27,624 nucleotides of DNA from contig JAWBMD010000013.1 of the NCBI GenBank assembly GCA_039000985.1, positions 1 through 27,624 of the forward strand. Reading direction: 5' to 3'. Made by a program: the position numbers and the translations under genes. Below are positions 8,889 through 17,226 of the stretch, piece after piece. The DNA is from Candidatus Aenigmatarchaeota archaeon. Lineage in GTDB: Archaea > Aenigmatarchaeota > Aenigmatarchaeia > CG10238-14 > SpSt-28. Each line of letters starts with the position of its first letter. The first letter of the stretch is position 1. The notes under the pieces were generated by a model, which saw only the letters and a list, made by a program, of their open reading frames with translations, ran no database searches and was not told where the DNA came from.

Positions 8889-9427
8889 TGAAAGCTCTTG
8901 CCATAGAAACAATTTTCTTAATAATAATTGCTACAGCTAGTGCTATGTTGTTTATAGCTTTGGTTGGCTTTTATAATCCAGCTTTCAAATCATTCTTTTG
9001 TAATTTTTATATGGGTTTTCTTGGATTGTTTAGTAGGCAAGTTGCTGTTCCTGAAACATGTAAAAAAATGGATATTCCTGCAAGCTTAAAAACTGTTGAG
9101 GTTTGTGAAAGTGACAAAATAAAATTTTCAAGAATATTATTATCTTACATAATAGCTTGCTGGAAAATGGTAGAAATAAGAAATATGAGTGAAGATAGTG
9201 CTTGTTATGAAATAAAATTGAAATGTAAGGTGGATGATGTTAGTGAGGAAAATATAACTTATATATTAAAAAGGGAAGATAGATGCAAATCTATAGAAAA
9301 TTCCGATTTTAATTGTGGGGAAAGGAATCAAATATTATGGAAAGTTGGTGGAGGAATTATAAATACTCAACAAGTAATAATAGTTAGATATAGTGGAAAA
9401 AATAAAGCCATTGAAGTTATAGCATGA
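8885..9427 (+). CDS. Type IV pilin-like protein (class III signal peptide)
   Basis: MMKA^LAIETIFLIII leader plus H-domain; ATGA overlap with upstream gene. Confidence 0.75.
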   Translation: MMKALAIETIFLIIIATASAMLFIALVGFYNPAFKSFFCNFYMGFLGLFSRQVAVPETCKKMDIPASLKTVEVCESDKIKFSRILLSYIIACWKMVEIRNMSEDSACYEIKLKCKVDDVSEENITYILKREDRCKSIENSDFNCGERNQILWKVGGGIINTQQVIIVRYSGKNKAIEVIA

Positions 9428-9837
9428 AGGGTCTTGCTTTGGAAACTATAATAAAAATGGTAATTTTGAATGTTTTAGCTATTGTAGTAATATTAACGAT
9501 AATTACATTTTTCGATGATATAAAGAGATTTGTTTCATCTTTTTTCAAACAAGAAAAGTGTGAAACTGAAGATATGAATGTTGGTCAAATATCTACAACT
9601 CAAATGATAGCTCTAATAACAGCTTGTTGGGATAGAACTGGTGAAAAGTATAAAGGTGATTGTAATTGTTTTATATTAGATGGCGATTTTAGCTTAGTAG
9701 ATAAAACAGCTTTATCAAAAGCTTTGGAACCACCAGCTAAAGTTGATGTAAGTATGTTTGATCCTTCAAAAAAAGTTGTGCTTATTCAATTCATGGATGT
9801 TGGTAATGTTATTGCTGTTAAAAGTTTGGGCAAATGA
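9424..9837 (+). CDS. Type IV pilin-like protein (class III signal peptide)
   Basis: MKG^LALETIIKMVIL leader plus H-domain; ATGA overlap. Confidence 0.8.
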   Translation: MKGLALETIIKMVILNVLAIVVILTIITFFDDIKRFVSSFFKQEKCETEDMNVGQISTTQMIALITACWDRTGEKYKGDCNCFILDGDFSLVDKTALSKALEPPAKVDVSMFDPSKKVVLIQFMDVGNVIAVKSLGK

Positions 9838-10346
9838 AAAGTATTGGAAATTGGTTTTGGGTAGTTGCAAGCACTTTAGCTGGTATAACTATCTTTATCA
9901 CTTCCTTATACTTTTACAGTTTATATGAAAGTATGATTTGTGAGAAAAAATCAATCGAGCAATTTGAAAAAATTGTAAATGAAATAAATGATCTTTGCTG
10001 GAAGCATATTGGCAATTCTAAAGAGTATTTTGTTAAGTTATGTGAAAATGTAGATGGTATATATGCTTCCACTAAAAAAAGCATAGAATATAGTAAAAAT
10101 GATTTGATAAAATATATAACAAGCGATGAATATTCTCATGGTAATTATCTTTGTTTACAAATAAGAGATAGAAGAGTAAGATGTGAAGAGCTTTTATGTT
10201 TTGTTAATTTTACTTTCATCGGATCTAAACCAATGGAATTATCTTTATCTGCACTAATAAATAAAGTTTTGGGCAGAGCTCAAATTTTTGATTATAGATT
10301 AATTTTAAATAGAAGTGAGAATGCTGTGTATGTTAGAAAAGAATGA
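9834..10346 (+). CDS. Type IV pilin-like protein (atypical class III leader)
   Basis: MKS^IGNWFWVVAS leader plus H-domain; LCW motif; ATGA overlap. Confidence 0.6.
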   Translation: MKSIGNWFWVVASTLAGITIFITSLYFYSLYESMICEKKSIEQFEKIVNEINDLCWKHIGNSKEYFVKLCENVDGIYASTKKSIEYSKNDLIKYITSDEYSHGNYLCLQIRDRRVRCEELLCFVNFTFIGSKPMELSLSALINKVLGRAQIFDYRLILNRSENAVYVRKE

Positions 10347-11082
10347 TGTAATATTTTTTGTTTTATTGATTTTCTTTGTATTGGTTATTCTTTTTTCCAG
10401 GTTATTATATTTTCCAAAATACAACCAAACTATAAGCATTTGTGAAAGCATGAAAAATGATGAAATTAAATTGCTTTGCTACTCAATGTTTTTGGGTGAT
10501 TTAAAGTATTGTGATGTGTTTTTGCTTCCATATTATTCTTGTCCCGATTTAATATTTTCTAGATTGAATCTTAATGAAAGTTTTTGTAATAGTTTTGATG
10601 GATATAAGAAAACTTCATGTTTTCTTCATTTATCTATTAAAACAAAAAATCCAAATTTTTGTGAAATGGTTGGACCAGAATGCTTTTATTTTTTAGCCTC
10701 CTTTCTTAATAAGTTTTCTTTAACTGAATATTTTTGCAATAATATAAATGAAGAAAGCTTAAGATACACATGCTTAGCTAAACTTTATAATAATGCTTCT
10801 ATTTGCGATGAAATAAAATTGGAACGCTTTGAAATACCAGATTGTAAAGCAATTGTATTAAAAGATTTGGAAATATGTAAGAATAGTACAAGCGTTGATA
10901 CATGTATGTATAAAGTTGCTAAAGAAACTAAAGATAAAAATATTTGCTCAAAAATAGAGACTACTGGAATTAAAATGAGATGCTATTTAACTATAGAAAA
11001 TGAAATTAATGTTTGTAATACATTTGTTGGAGATTGGAGAGATTTATGCTTTTTAGAATTTATTTATTTAAGCAGCTTATGA
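10330..11082 (+). CDS. Bitopic membrane protein with nine 2-Cys helical repeats
   Basis: N-terminal TM then 18 Cys in repeats like C..I......CY...A....D...C; ATG 10330 preferred to GTG 10315. Confidence 0.8.
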   Translation: MLEKNDVIFFVLLIFFVLVILFSRLLYFPKYNQTISICESMKNDEIKLLCYSMFLGDLKYCDVFLLPYYSCPDLIFSRLNLNESFCNSFDGYKKTSCFLHLSIKTKNPNFCEMVGPECFYFLASFLNKFSLTEYFCNNINEESLRYTCLAKLYNNASICDEIKLERFEIPDCKAIVLKDLEICKNSTSVDTCMYKVAKETKDKNICSKIETTGIKMRCYLTIENEINVCNTFVGDWRDLCFLEFIYLSSL

Positions 11083-11796
11083 TCTTTTCAAAAGACTTTT
11101 GAACACATACTTTAGAAAGCAATAATCTTGTGCTAAACCTTCATATTTATTACAAATTTCTTTATCAATACTTATATCCATTTCACAATCTATTCTTTGA
11201 AATTCATGCTTCAATATTTCACAAATTTTTATATCTTTTTTATTTTTAGCTATTAGGCTTATGCAATAATAATCTTTTTCACAATCATTCAAATTTTCTG
11301 GAAAAAATTTTTTGCAATATTTTTCTTCTACAAGCTTTTTACATTCATCTTTACTTTTCATAGCATAAGCAATACATATATTGTAGAAGTATTTATCAAA
11401 CTTTAAATATTCACAATTGTTTTTGTTTTTTGTATTAATTGCTATATTCAGATAACAAATATCATAACCTTTACAAAAGCTCACATTGTTTGTTTTCTCA
11501 GCTAAAGCTACAAAGCAAAAAAAATTATCTAAATAACTACAGAAAGATTCGGATAAATCCTTATATAAGTATGAAACCATATAGTAGCAATCATTACGGC
11601 TTAAGCTTGTGATATTTTTGCACTTACCAAAATCTTTTGTAAAAAGAGCATGACATATTTCATTATAATCTTCATCAAAAATATTGTTACAAAAACTTTC
11701 ATTTAATGCAATTTTTTTGGTAAAAATTGATTTTTGAAAAATTAAAATACTAAAAATAAAAGCTATTGCTAAAAGGAAAATGTATTTCCTTTTCAT
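11077..11796 (-). CDS. Bitopic membrane protein with nine 2-Cys helical repeats; paralog of 10330-11082
   Basis: MKRK + TM then 18 Cys; shares LNESFCN and terminal CN...G...D.CFL with its convergent neighbour. Confidence 0.8.
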   Translation of the reverse strand: MKRKYIFLLAIAFIFSILIFQKSIFTKKIALNESFCNNIFDEDYNEICHALFTKDFGKCKNITSLSRNDCYYMVSYLYKDLSESFCSYLDNFFCFVALAEKTNNVSFCKGYDICYLNIAINTKNKNNCEYLKFDKYFYNICIAYAMKSKDECKKLVEEKYCKKFFPENLNDCEKDYYCISLIAKNKKDIKICEILKHEFQRIDCEMDISIDKEICNKYEGLAQDYCFLKYVFKSLLKRS

Positions 11797-11800
11797 TATT

Positions 11801-13009
11801 TCATTTTACAATTATTTTATTCAGGTTTTTATTGGCTTCAAAGCTTAATATATGTGTTCCTGCTTTTAAATCATTCATTTCTAGAGAAAGGGAACATTTA
11901 AATCTTTTGCAAGAGTTTAGCATACATATTTTATCACCTATCTTTTTAACATCATAGCTAAAGTGGAACTGCTTACTAAATTTTATATACTCGTTATTGA
12001 TAGCTTTTTCACATATATATTCTAATAAACTAAAGAACTCTTCTAGTTCGCCTCTAACAGCATATATAAGGAAGTATCCTTCAATTGAAAATGTTTCATT
12101 ATATCTTATTGTTACTGGTATATTTATTGATAATTCTTCTTTTTTTGCTTTTTCTGGGGAAAATGTAGAAAAACCAGCGCTTGCTGTTAAACCAAAGTTA
12201 GCTATTTTTCTCCTTATATCTACTGGTATTTCTGATCCAACAGGTATTTCTATTTCTGTTTCTACTTCTCCACAATAGCTATGTGTAGCGCCTGCTTTTT
12301 CACATTCTGTAAAATCTTTTGTTTCCTCTTTACTACACGAAACTACCCACGGATGTCCTCTGCTACTCCTTTTGCATTCACATTTATCTTTAGGGCAATG
12401 AAAAGCAAAGCAGCAGGCTTTGTGGTTAGGATAAGGACATTTCTCTAATGGATCTGGATAGCAGGAATCTGGACAAAATGGAACAATATATGGTGGATCT
12501 ATTTCTGAGTACCCTAAACAGGGATCTTCTCCTTTTTCTTTCAATTCTCTTGGATTCCAATTACATCTAACAAATAAGACCTTCCCACCACCTATTTCAC
12601 ATTCATGTTGAGCGAAATCTTCAGCAGTTTGAGTTCCACCGCTAACTCTTTTAAGTCCTGGATATATCGTAAAATTTTTTTCTAGACTCCAAACACTAAT
12701 GTTATAATCAAAAGTTAATGCTTTTGCACATGGTGGTTCTTCATCAATAAAGCTATTTGAAAATAAATCTAGCTTATTTTTGTCTATAATTATTTTTCTT
12801 GAAGTTTCTTCATATTCATATGCTAAGCAATTTTTATCTGTCAATAATTTTTGAGCTATGTTTAATACATTATTTCTAAAATCTGATTTTTCTTTTTCCC
12901 CAATAACAGTTTTTTGAAAATTGGAAATTTGCGTAAGTGTAAAAGAAAAGAGAAAAAGTAATACAACAGTAAAAATTGTTTTAATGAAAAAGCTAGCTTG
13001 GCTCTTCAT
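11801..13009 (-). CDS. Large minor pilin/adhesin-like protein with inserted Cys-rich domain
   Basis: Start reassigned to ATG 13009: MKS^QASFFIKTIFTVVLL leader; 14 Cys in ~115 aa central segment. Confidence 0.7.
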   Translation of the reverse strand: MKSQASFFIKTIFTVVLLFLFSFTLTQISNFQKTVIGEKEKSDFRNNVLNIAQKLLTDKNCLAYEYEETSRKIIIDKNKLDLFSNSFIDEEPPCAKALTFDYNISVWSLEKNFTIYPGLKRVSGGTQTAEDFAQHECEIGGGKVLFVRCNWNPRELKEKGEDPCLGYSEIDPPYIVPFCPDSCYPDPLEKCPYPNHKACCFAFHCPKDKCECKRSSRGHPWVVSCSKEETKDFTECEKAGATHSYCGEVETEIEIPVGSEIPVDIRRKIANFGLTASAGFSTFSPEKAKKEELSINIPVTIRYNETFSIEGYFLIYAVRGELEEFFSLLEYICEKAINNEYIKFSKQFHFSYDVKKIGDKICMLNSCKRFKCSLSLEMNDLKAGTHILSFEANKNLNKIIVK

Positions 13010-13013
13010 TTTT

Positions 13014-14078
13014 TTAACATGGACAAACATCCCCCACATAGCATCTATCAGGACATCTATACATGGCCGAAATCTTAACATTAAACTTTAATGGTACAGG
13101 ACCATTTATAGAAGGTACATAATATTTATGATCTTCACACTTATAAGTATAAGTTGCAGCTAATCTATTTTCAGCCCATCCCGGACATCGTTTTTCTTCT
13201 TCTTGTGCCATTGCGTAACCTGTAATAAGCCATGGAGGATTCGTGCAAAAATGTCCTATACATGTACATTGTGTATCTGTCCATGTTAAACATTCAGATT
13301 TCTTTTCGCAAGAAACAGGTCCAGATTCATGGTCACAACAATCTCTACTAGGTTCTTTACATTTTACATCATTATCGAATCTTCTTATTAAATCATTATA
13401 AGCTTCTTGTGCACATCGTTGTGCAGCATCACAACCTCCACAGGCTAAACATGCTGCACACATACATCTTCCGTATACATTATCATTAGCCCACTCATAA
13501 AATATTCTAAACATATACCAAAATCTGTTTTTTGTTATAAAATCGTTTGTTGTTATATTTTCGAAAGCGCTTATGTTTACATTAATTCCTTTCACGATTA
13601 AGGGAGAATAACTACAGTTAACCCAGAAATATCCTTCATCAAAAACACCACTTAGGATACCGTTTTCATCAATATCATAAATACAGGATGTAAAATTTTT
13701 TTTAATAATATCTAGAGGTAGTGAAATGGTAAAGTTGTTTAAATAAACATTCAAATAATATTGAGTCCATTTTTCTAAGCATTGTTTAGCTTCGTCTATG
13801 GATGGCTGGCTTGGTGCATTACATATCCAGCTACCAGCTGGTCTGAGACCACCCTCTTCTGCTTGTTCTTTTAGTGCTTTATGTGCAGAATAAGTTAATG
13901 AAAGATGAAGAAAGTTTTTTAAATTCTCGATTACATTTCTAACTCTATCAACTATAGATATTTCAAATACTTGTGTTTCATATTTTGTACCATAGAAGAT
14001 ATTGAAAAAGATATAAATAAATATAACTGAAAAAATTACAAAAATTACAAAAAATAAAGGCATTAATTGAGCTCTCAC
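13014..14078 (-). CDS. Large minor pilin/adhesin-like protein with Cys-rich C-terminal domain
   Basis: GTG start, MRA^QLMPLFFVIFVIF leader; 20 Cys in the last ~150 aa; GTGA overlap with upstream gene. Confidence 0.72.
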   Translation of the reverse strand: MRAQLMPLFFVIFVIFSVIFIYIFFNIFYGTKYETQVFEISIVDRVRNVIENLKNFLHLSLTYSAHKALKEQAEEGGLRPAGSWICNAPSQPSIDEAKQCLEKWTQYYLNVYLNNFTISLPLDIIKKNFTSCIYDIDENGILSGVFDEGYFWVNCSYSPLIVKGINVNISAFENITTNDFITKNRFWYMFRIFYEWANDNVYGRCMCAACLACGGCDAAQRCAQEAYNDLIRRFDNDVKCKEPSRDCCDHESGPVSCEKKSECLTWTDTQCTCIGHFCTNPPWLITGYAMAQEEEKRCPGWAENRLAATYTYKCEDHKYYVPSINGPVPLKFNVKISAMYRCPDRCYVGDVCPC

Positions 14079-14578
14079 GGTTTACTTATATATAGTATTA
14101 CTTTTCCTATTTTTAAATCAGGAACTGGGACCACAGTTTCATAAACATATAGTATATCTTCATTTCTAATCTCCCTTCCATAGGAAAATTTTCTTATCTC
14201 CTTTTCTGCCGGAATTATTAGATATAATTGATATCTATTTTTAGCATATTTATCTAAGAAAGGAGGTATTATTTCAGTTAAGTTTAAAGTACCTATACCA
14301 CTTCCATAAAAAACTTTATATTCTTCTGGTAATCCTCTTAATTTTTGTAATATGGCATCTATCATTAATTGCATGTAAACTTTCTCAGCATAGGGCAATT
14401 TATTATTAAATAATTCAAAAAATAAAGTAGTAATACTTTCAATTAAATTTCTTTCCTCAACTGTTTTTCTTGTTTCAACTCCTTTTGTAGATAATTGATA
14501 ATTGAAAAATATGAAAAGAAGTAATATAGAAAAAAATACAATCAAAAAATAAAAGATTTCTTCAACATAACCTTTCAT
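14075..14578 (-). CDS. Type IV pilin-like protein
   Basis: MKG^YVEEIFYFLIVFF leader plus H-domain; terminal beta strands ETVVPVP...GKVILYI. Confidence 0.68.
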   Translation of the reverse strand: MKGYVEEIFYFLIVFFSILLLFIFFNYQLSTKGVETRKTVEERNLIESITTLFFELFNNKLPYAEKVYMQLMIDAILQKLRGLPEEYKVFYGSGIGTLNLTEIIPPFLDKYAKNRYQLYLIIPAEKEIRKFSYGREIRNEDILYVYETVVPVPDLKIGKVILYISKP

Positions 14579-14657
14579 AAATTTATTTTACTTCAAATAT
14601 TTTTAGTTCATGAGTTTCTAATCATCACTTTGTTATATCAATAGTTTTTGATGTTTT

Positions 14658-15428
14658 TTATTTATAAGTATAGCTTTTTATTTCTTTCCCATTTTTTAAT
14701 GCAATAACTTTAACAAATTCTTTTATTGTACTGGAATTTATTTTTTTATTCAATACCTCTTCTATTTGAAATATCCCGCTTTCATTTGTCATATGGACTT
14801 TAACAATTATTGGAAAGTTTTCACCATGTTCTAATTCAACTTTTTTTATTGACAAAGCAGAAAATGAATGTATATCCCCCTTACCAAGCTTATATGGTAT
14901 TCTTGCTCTTCCTTCTGCCATATCCAATCCGTCTGCAACTTTTATTATTCCAGACTCTATAGAAATTGATTTAATATTTTCATCATGAGAGAAAACACAG
15001 TTCATTATTTCTTGTCTAATCAAATACATTTTATATCTATCTTCATATAAAAATGCAAGTGATTTATCGAGAAAATCTTTAATCAATATAGCTCCAAATA
15101 AATTATGCATATCTCTATGAATACTATTTCCTATATCATGTAAATAAGCACCAAATAGGACAATTATTTTCATATCATCAAGATTCGAATTTTCGTTAAT
15201 TGCATTGCTAAGAATTAAATTATCAAGAATTTGCAAGGATGCTCCAGCTACTATTCTACTATGCACTACTCCATGATCATTATAGAAAAGTCTTTCAACA
15301 GCATTTATGTTGGAAGCTTTTAACATTGCTTGTATTTCAACAGCATTTTCCAAAATTTCAAAGCATTTTTTTAGTTTTTCACTATTCCTAATTTTTTCTA
15401 GGATTATTTTCTCTGATACAACTACCAT
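14658..15428 (-). CDS. HD-superfamily metal-dependent phosphohydrolase (COG3294-like)
   Basis: YNDHGVVH, YLHDIGNSIHRDMH, SHD, VADGLDMAEGRARIPY, DIHSFSA; start set at ATG 15428. Confidence 0.9.
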   Translation of the reverse strand: MVVVSEKIILEKIRNSEKLKKCFEILENAVEIQAMLKASNINAVERLFYNDHGVVHSRIVAGASLQILDNLILSNAINENSNLDDMKIIVLFGAYLHDIGNSIHRDMHNLFGAILIKDFLDKSLAFLYEDRYKMYLIRQEIMNCVFSHDENIKSISIESGIIKVADGLDMAEGRARIPYKLGKGDIHSFSALSIKKVELEHGENFPIIVKVHMTNESGIFQIEEVLNKKINSSTIKEFVKVIALKNGKEIKSYTYK

Positions 15429-15484
15429 AAATATATTTAAGTTTGGTAGATTGTTTTTAAAGTAGATAAAAAGGTTCATTTGTA

Positions 15485-15490
15485 TTTAAA
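15485..15490 (+). promoter_or_regulatory. Candidate archaeal TATA box for a leaderless transcript
   Basis: TTTAAA begins 27 nt upstream of ATG 15512; weak evidence in AT-rich DNA. Confidence 0.4.
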
Positions 15491-15511
15491 TTTTTAAACC
15501 AAATACAATTT

Positions 15512-16342
15512 ATGAGAGCAGCGATCATATTTAGCATTTTAATGCTTGCTATGTTTTTATCTGGATGTATTAGTCTAGGTGGACAAAAAGCTATTGGTGT
15601 TGGTTTGGTTGTAAAAAGTTTTAGAATAGATCCGAGTACAATAGAAGCTAGAAATGGTCAGAAAATGTATGTTACCTTAGAGATACAAAATAATGGTGGT
15701 GTACAAGCAAAAAATATTAGTGCTACATTGAATTTGGGTGAAGACTTTCAAGGAGGTGGTGATATAAATATTAAACCAAATACATTAGCACCAGCTAATC
15801 CTGCATTAGGAATAAAAGAAGGGGAAGTTGCTTACGGAACTGCTACAATAACTTACAATGGTGGAGAAAAAAGAAGCTCTATTTCATACCCAGTTCTACT
15901 AAGGTTAACTTATGATTATTCAACAGTAGTTGAGGGTTTAATTAAGGCAGTAAGTCCTGAATATTATAGACAAACTAAAGAGGTTGGTGGTATACAACAA
16001 TTTACTCAAACTTCAGGTCCAATTCAGGCAGAGCTAGTTATGCCAACAACTGTCATTGGTGGTGACAGTGATATAAGAATTCATTTATATTTAAAGGATA
16101 TTGGTGGTGGTAGAAGCTATGTTGGTGATATTACAGAAAATTTAGGAAAAGTTGAGATAAGTGGTGATTGTAGTGGTAGTTATATAATACCTCCAGGTGG
16201 TAAAGCATTAGTTACTTGTAGCTTATTAGATAGGTTACAACCAGGGCAATTATTCTCTACAAAATCTTTTAAGATAACAATAAGCTATAGTTACTTTCTA
16301 GATTTGCATAGTAGTATAACTGTATTACCTTCAACTTCTTAA
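15512..16342 (+). CDS. Putative lipoprotein, beta-rich extracellular domain; paralog of 3475-4347
   Basis: MR + hydrophobic core + FLSGC; LEIQNNGG..A.NI, LTYDYST, GPIQAEL, ISYSY motifs. Confidence 0.78.
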   Translation: MRAAIIFSILMLAMFLSGCISLGGQKAIGVGLVVKSFRIDPSTIEARNGQKMYVTLEIQNNGGVQAKNISATLNLGEDFQGGGDINIKPNTLAPANPALGIKEGEVAYGTATITYNGGEKRSSISYPVLLRLTYDYSTVVEGLIKAVSPEYYRQTKEVGGIQQFTQTSGPIQAELVMPTTVIGGDSDIRIHLYLKDIGGGRSYVGDITENLGKVEISGDCSGSYIIPPGGKALVTCSLLDRLQPGQLFSTKSFKITISYSYFLDLHSSITVLPSTS

Positions 16343-16350
16343 TTTTTTAA

Positions 16351-17226
16351 ATGTATTTGCTTTTGGATATAGGTGCAACTAATTTAAGAATTGCTATTGC
16401 TAGCAAAAACAAAATTAAAAGTAAATATGTTATAAAAAATCCAGGTAATGAAATTGAAATTGTTAAATTTGTTGAAAGCTTTATTAAAAAATTTGATAAA
16501 ATAGAAAAAATTGGTATAGCTTCTGTAGGTCCTTTAGATTATAAAAAGGGTATTATTTTAAATCCAGCTAATTTGCCCATAGGGAATTTTAAAATTGTTG
16601 AAATTTTTGAAAAAAAGTTTAATATAGATACGTATTTGATAAATGATTGCAATGCTGCAGTTCTAGCAGAAAAATATTTTGGTTCTGGTAAAAAATTTCA
16701 AAATTTAGTATATGTTACTTTTAGCACTGGTATAGGAGGAGGAGCTATTGTGGATGGAAATTTATTGCTTGGTAAGGATGGAAATGCTGTCGAAATTGGT
16801 CATATTGTTATTGATTTTGAAGAAAGGTTAAAATGTGGCTGCGGCTCTTACGGTCATTGGGAGGCATATTGTTCTGGTAAAAATATTCCAAACTTTATAA
16901 AAAATTATTTGGGTTTAAATTTAAACTATTCAGCTGAGCAACTTTTCAATTTGGCAAAAAATAAAGATAAAAAGGCATCAGAAATTGTTGAAAAAATTGG
17001 AGAATTAAATGCTATTGGTATTGCTAATGTTATTAATTGTTTTGATCCAGAATTTATATCAATAGGTGGTTCTATAGCTTTAAACAACAAAGAATTAATA
17101 ATAAAGCCGATAAAAGAGAAAGTTAAAAACTATACAATAAACAGAGTTCCCCAAATAACTGTAACTAAACTGGGTGATGAGATTTGTCTTTTTGGGGTTT
17201 TAGTTTATTTAAGTTTACATACCTAA
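16351..17226 (+). CDS. ROK-family sugar kinase (glucokinase-like)
   Basis: LDIGATN, INDCNAAVLAE, STGIGGG, EIGH, CGCGSYGHWEAY zinc motif, IGGS. Confidence 0.95.
   Translation: MYLLLDIGATNLRIAIASKNKIKSKYVIKNPGNEIEIVKFVESFIKKFDKIEKIGIASVGPLDYKKGIILNPANLPIGNFKIVEIFEKKFNIDTYLINDCNAAVLAEKYFGSGKKFQNLVYVTFSTGIGGGAIVDGNLLLGKDGNAVEIGHIVIDFEERLKCGCGSYGHWEAYCSGKNIPNFIKNYLGLNLNYSAEQLFNLAKNKDKKASEIVEKIGELNAIGIANVINCFDPEFISIGGSIALNNKELIIKPIKEKVKNYTINRVPQITVTKLGDEICLFGVLVYLSLHT

Noticed and set aside
13433..13470. CxxCxxCxxC as a 4Fe-4S ferredoxin motif
   Set aside because: Spacing differs from CxxCxxCxxxCP and the domain is predicted extracellular.
8505..14578. Diversity-generating retroelement acting on the pilin or adhesin genes
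   Set aside because: No reverse transcriptase and no template/variable repeat pair with adenine-specific mismatches seen in the window; a trans-acting element cannot be excluded.
6427..14578. Archaellum operon
   Set aside because: No ArlB-type archaellin N-terminus and no ArlH or ArlI; only the platform family is shared.
14590..14630. Minus-strand GTGATGA...TTGA as a C/D box sRNA
   Set aside because: No CTGA D box, and the would-be guides are too AT-rich to be credible.
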